A stretch of DNA of 64,000 bases, taken from assembly GCA_041662125.1 (NCBI GenBank), contig JBAZTA010000001.1:582379-646378 (forward strand), in the 5' to 3' direction. The stretch is from Candidatus Omnitrophota bacterium (GTDB taxonomy: Bacteria > Omnitrophota > Gorgyraeia > Gygaellales > Profunditerraquicolaceae). Made by a program: the position numbers and the translations under genes. The notes beneath the pieces were generated by a model that was not told the DNA's origin, searched no databases, and worked only from the letters and a program-made list of their open reading frames with translations. Positions 61,496 to 64,000 of the stretch are shown one piece after another (the first letter of the stretch is position 1; the number at the start of each line of letters is the position of its first letter).

Positions 61496-62221
61496 TTATT
61501 TCTTTTTAGCGCCAATGGTGCCAAACCGGCGATGGCGTTTCTGATACTCCTCGATCGCCTCAATTAAATCTTTTTTCCGGAAATCAGGCCAATATTTCTT
61601 AATAAAATACAGCTCGGCATACGAAAGCTGCCAGAGGAGAAAATTACTCAGCCGCATCTCGCCACTGGTACGGATAAGAAGATCCGGATCAGGCAAACCC
61701 GCAGTATAGAGATATCCCTGAAATTTCTCTTCATTGATCGCATCTATATCCAATGCCCCTTGTTTAACATCAAGAGCGATACTCTTAACAGCATCAATAA
61801 TTTCACCCCGGGCGCCATAGTTAACCGCCAACGCCAGGATAAGCCCCCCATTATTCTGCGTCTTACGCTGCGCTTCTTTAATCTTAGACTGCAAGTACCC
61901 CGGGAAGGGATCGTCTTTACCGATAAGCTTAAACCGTATATTATACTGAGTCAACTCATCGATCTGACGGTCAAGGAAACGATCAAACGCCCGCATGAGC
62001 ATATTGATTTCCTGCTTGGGCCGTAGCCAATTCTCCGTTGAAAAAGCAAAGAGGGTCACTACTTCAACCTGCAGTTCTGAGGCGGCAATTAAAATCTCTT
62101 TGACCCGGTCAATACCGATACGATGGCCGGCGGTCCGCGGTAAACCGCGCTCTTTTGCCCAGCGCCCATTACCATCCATGATAATCGCTATATGCCGTGG
62201 GATATTATTTTTATCTACCAT
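61496..62221 (-). CDS. uppS: ditrans,polycis-undecaprenyl-diphosphate synthase
   Basis: 241 aa; HIAIIMDGNGRWAKERGLPR and FSTENW motifs. Confidence 0.92.
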   Translation of the reverse strand: MVDKNNIPRHIAIIMDGNGRWAKERGLPRTAGHRIGIDRVKEILIAASELQVEVVTLFAFSTENWLRPKQEINMLMRAFDRFLDRQIDELTQYNIRFKLIGKDDPFPGYLQSKIKEAQRKTQNNGGLILALAVNYGARGEIIDAVKSIALDVKQGALDIDAINEEKFQGYLYTAGLPDPDLLIRTSGEMRLSNFLLWQLSYAELYFIKKYWPDFRKKDLIEAIEEYQKRHRRFGTIGAKKK

Positions 62222-62305
62222 ACTACATCACTAAACAAAGTGCAAAAGCCCTTATGGATGCGCTGACTTTAACTTCGATTCTTTATAGAACGCTGGCGCG
62301 GGATT

Positions 62306-63886
62306 CTACTGATGAACGCGGTAATCGATATCGGAGAACAAATTATCTTTTGACTCAACATCCGATAACCACTCTTCATCAATAGAGTTTGATTTTATAT
62401 CCTCATAAAGACGGCTAAACCGTAAGAGATGATCTTTGGTGCGACGCACCGCGTAACTGGTGTGAGTTCCCGTACCCATAATAAATGCCCAATCTGAGCT
62501 TTGAGCAAGCAATAATTCTCGTAATGCCTGGTTCAATGCCCGCTTGGTAATCCCAAAAACATTCGGGTAACTGCGAGATAACTCAGACATCCGCTCTGAA
62601 GCGGCGTTCATATGCCGGTAAAGCCAATCATTAGGCCCCTGCAGCCACATTTCACTATACCCTTTCCAGCCCCAGCTGGACATCGAAGGCGTTATAACCT
62701 GATTGCGGGGATGTTCCGCCAGGTATTCTGACGGAGTAATTAATTTTATCGTCTTCTGATCGCAGGCAATCTTACGAATAAGGAAATCCAACCACATCGG
62801 GCCTTCATACCACCAATGGCCATATAACTCCGCGTCATACGGAGAAACAATGATCGGTTTTTTTTGTATAAAATCATTCAAGTATTCAACCTGCTTCTGC
62901 CGGTTAAACATAAAATTACCGGCATGCTCGGCGGCCCTATCAGCTGCCCATTGCGGCATATACGGCTCTTTGAGCATTGAAGTCCCGGTAATACGGTAAT
63001 ATTTTATCCCGGTATTGATACGCACACCATCAGGAGAAATATACGGTTTGATATAATCATACTCCAAATCAAAGCCGATATCGCGGTAAAACTCCCGGTA
63101 ATTATAATCACCCGGATATCCTTCAACAGACGACCAGACTTGCTTAGAAGATTCCAGGTCCCTGGCAAAACAGGCAACCCCGGTATTCTTACAATAAACC
63201 GGAGCAAAAACCCCATACTTAGGGCGTGGCGTGCCATGCAAAACGCCGTGTGAATCAGTAAAAAAATACTTTATCCCTGACTCCTTTAAGATCTCGTCAT
63301 GACCGGGTTGATACCCGCACTCCGGTAACCATATACCGCGCGGTTTCCTGCCAAAGACACTTTCGTAATGGCTGACCGCAACCCTGACTTGCGCCTTAAC
63401 AGAATCCCGGCAGGCATCCATTAATGGAAAATATCCATGCGTAGCACCGCAGGTAATAATTTCCAATTTTCCCAAATCCTGTAAATTCTTAAACGCGGTC
63501 ACAATATTACGTTTATACCGCTCAAAGGTATCGCGCGCCCGGCAGAAATTATTCAAATACATGATCGCCAGATTCTGAAACTGCTGCTGCCAGGCAGTCC
63601 GTTCGATTTCTTTATGAGAGAGTTCGATCAACTTATTAATATGCTTCAAGTACCGCTCCTGAAGGAGCGGATCGCTAAGCATCGAAATAAGCGTCGGAGT
63701 AAGCGACATGGTAACCCTGAAATCTATCTTATCCTCAACCAGTTTTTCGAAAACCCATAGTAACGGCAGGTACGTTTCAGTAATTGCTTCATACAGCCAG
63801 TCTTCTTCCAGAAAATCATCATGCTCAGGGTGCCTGACAAACGGTAAATGGCTATGCAACACTAAACAAAGGTATCCTTTATGCAT
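62306..63886 (-). CDS. glycoside hydrolase family 57 protein (alpha-amylase / 1,4-alpha-glucan branching-enzyme type)
   Basis: 526 aa; N-terminal LCLVLHSHLPFVRHPE and catalytic region WLPECGY are GH57 hallmarks. Confidence 0.8.
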   Translation of the reverse strand: MHKGYLCLVLHSHLPFVRHPEHDDFLEEDWLYEAITETYLPLLWVFEKLVEDKIDFRVTMSLTPTLISMLSDPLLQERYLKHINKLIELSHKEIERTAWQQQFQNLAIMYLNNFCRARDTFERYKRNIVTAFKNLQDLGKLEIITCGATHGYFPLMDACRDSVKAQVRVAVSHYESVFGRKPRGIWLPECGYQPGHDEILKESGIKYFFTDSHGVLHGTPRPKYGVFAPVYCKNTGVACFARDLESSKQVWSSVEGYPGDYNYREFYRDIGFDLEYDYIKPYISPDGVRINTGIKYYRITGTSMLKEPYMPQWAADRAAEHAGNFMFNRQKQVEYLNDFIQKKPIIVSPYDAELYGHWWYEGPMWLDFLIRKIACDQKTIKLITPSEYLAEHPRNQVITPSMSSWGWKGYSEMWLQGPNDWLYRHMNAASERMSELSRSYPNVFGITKRALNQALRELLLAQSSDWAFIMGTGTHTSYAVRRTKDHLLRFSRLYEDIKSNSIDEEWLSDVESKDNLFSDIDYRVHQ

Positions 63887-64000
63887 TTTTTTGGATAATC
63901 AGCTATTTGCGCCTTTCGAGCCATTCATGGCTTTTGAGACACAACTAACCAATCATTTGGTTTCTCTGGTTACTATGGGAGTAATATTGCGTTCTTCTTC

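Noticed and set aside
63887-64000. Possible 3' end of another minus-strand gene at the window end (frame ...EEERNITPIVTRETK* ending ~63953)
   Set aside because: Only 15 codons are visible, which is not enough to support a call.

Overview
This 64 kb window is a compact bacterial chromosomal segment of roughly 45% GC. It is almost entirely housekeeping genes, and about 60 of 61 genes lie on the minus strand, with many short overlaps or translationally coupled junctions. No tRNA or rRNA genes, CRISPR arrays, integrases or transposases were found, so I see no evidence of a mobile or accessory island.

In minus-strand transcription order the content is:
- GH57 glycoside hydrolase, then uppS-cdsA-dxr-rseP-ispG.
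- An orphan CpaF/TadA-like ATPase, then proS, rimP-nusA-infB, trpS, scpA and ruvB.
- A roughly 595 bp non-coding, highly structured region (47241-47835).
- A secreted hypothetical protein, DUF2905, SpoIID-like and queA.
- A six-gene two-component/c-di-GMP signalling locus: multi-sensor HK, REC, REC-GGDEF, REC-PAS-HK, REC-zinc-ribbon and PilZ.
- tgt-trmD-rplS-rnhB-yraN.
- A folate C1 (Wood-Ljungdahl methyl-branch-like) module: fhs-fchA-folD, a TPR lipoprotein, metF, a FAD/NAD(P) oxidoreductase and a TPR protein.
- polA, glgA, coaE, rho, rpmE, prfA-prmC-murA.
- A trp operon, trpG-D-C-F, an inserted zinc-ribbon membrane protein gene, a consensus internal promoter, then trpB-A (no trpE).
- M16 peptidase, CorC/HlyC transporter, a 49-aa zinc-ribbon protein missing from the ORF track, rsfS, argS and recJ.
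- rpmB, the only credible plus-strand gene.
- An AddA-like UvrD-helicase/RecB-nuclease, plus its partner subunit, which runs off the window start and is also missing from the ORF track.

All gene calls rest on reading the translated ORFs for family signature motifs. No database searches were possible. The ORF track appears to accept alternative start codons, so several listed starts were adjusted to internal ATGs with better context.
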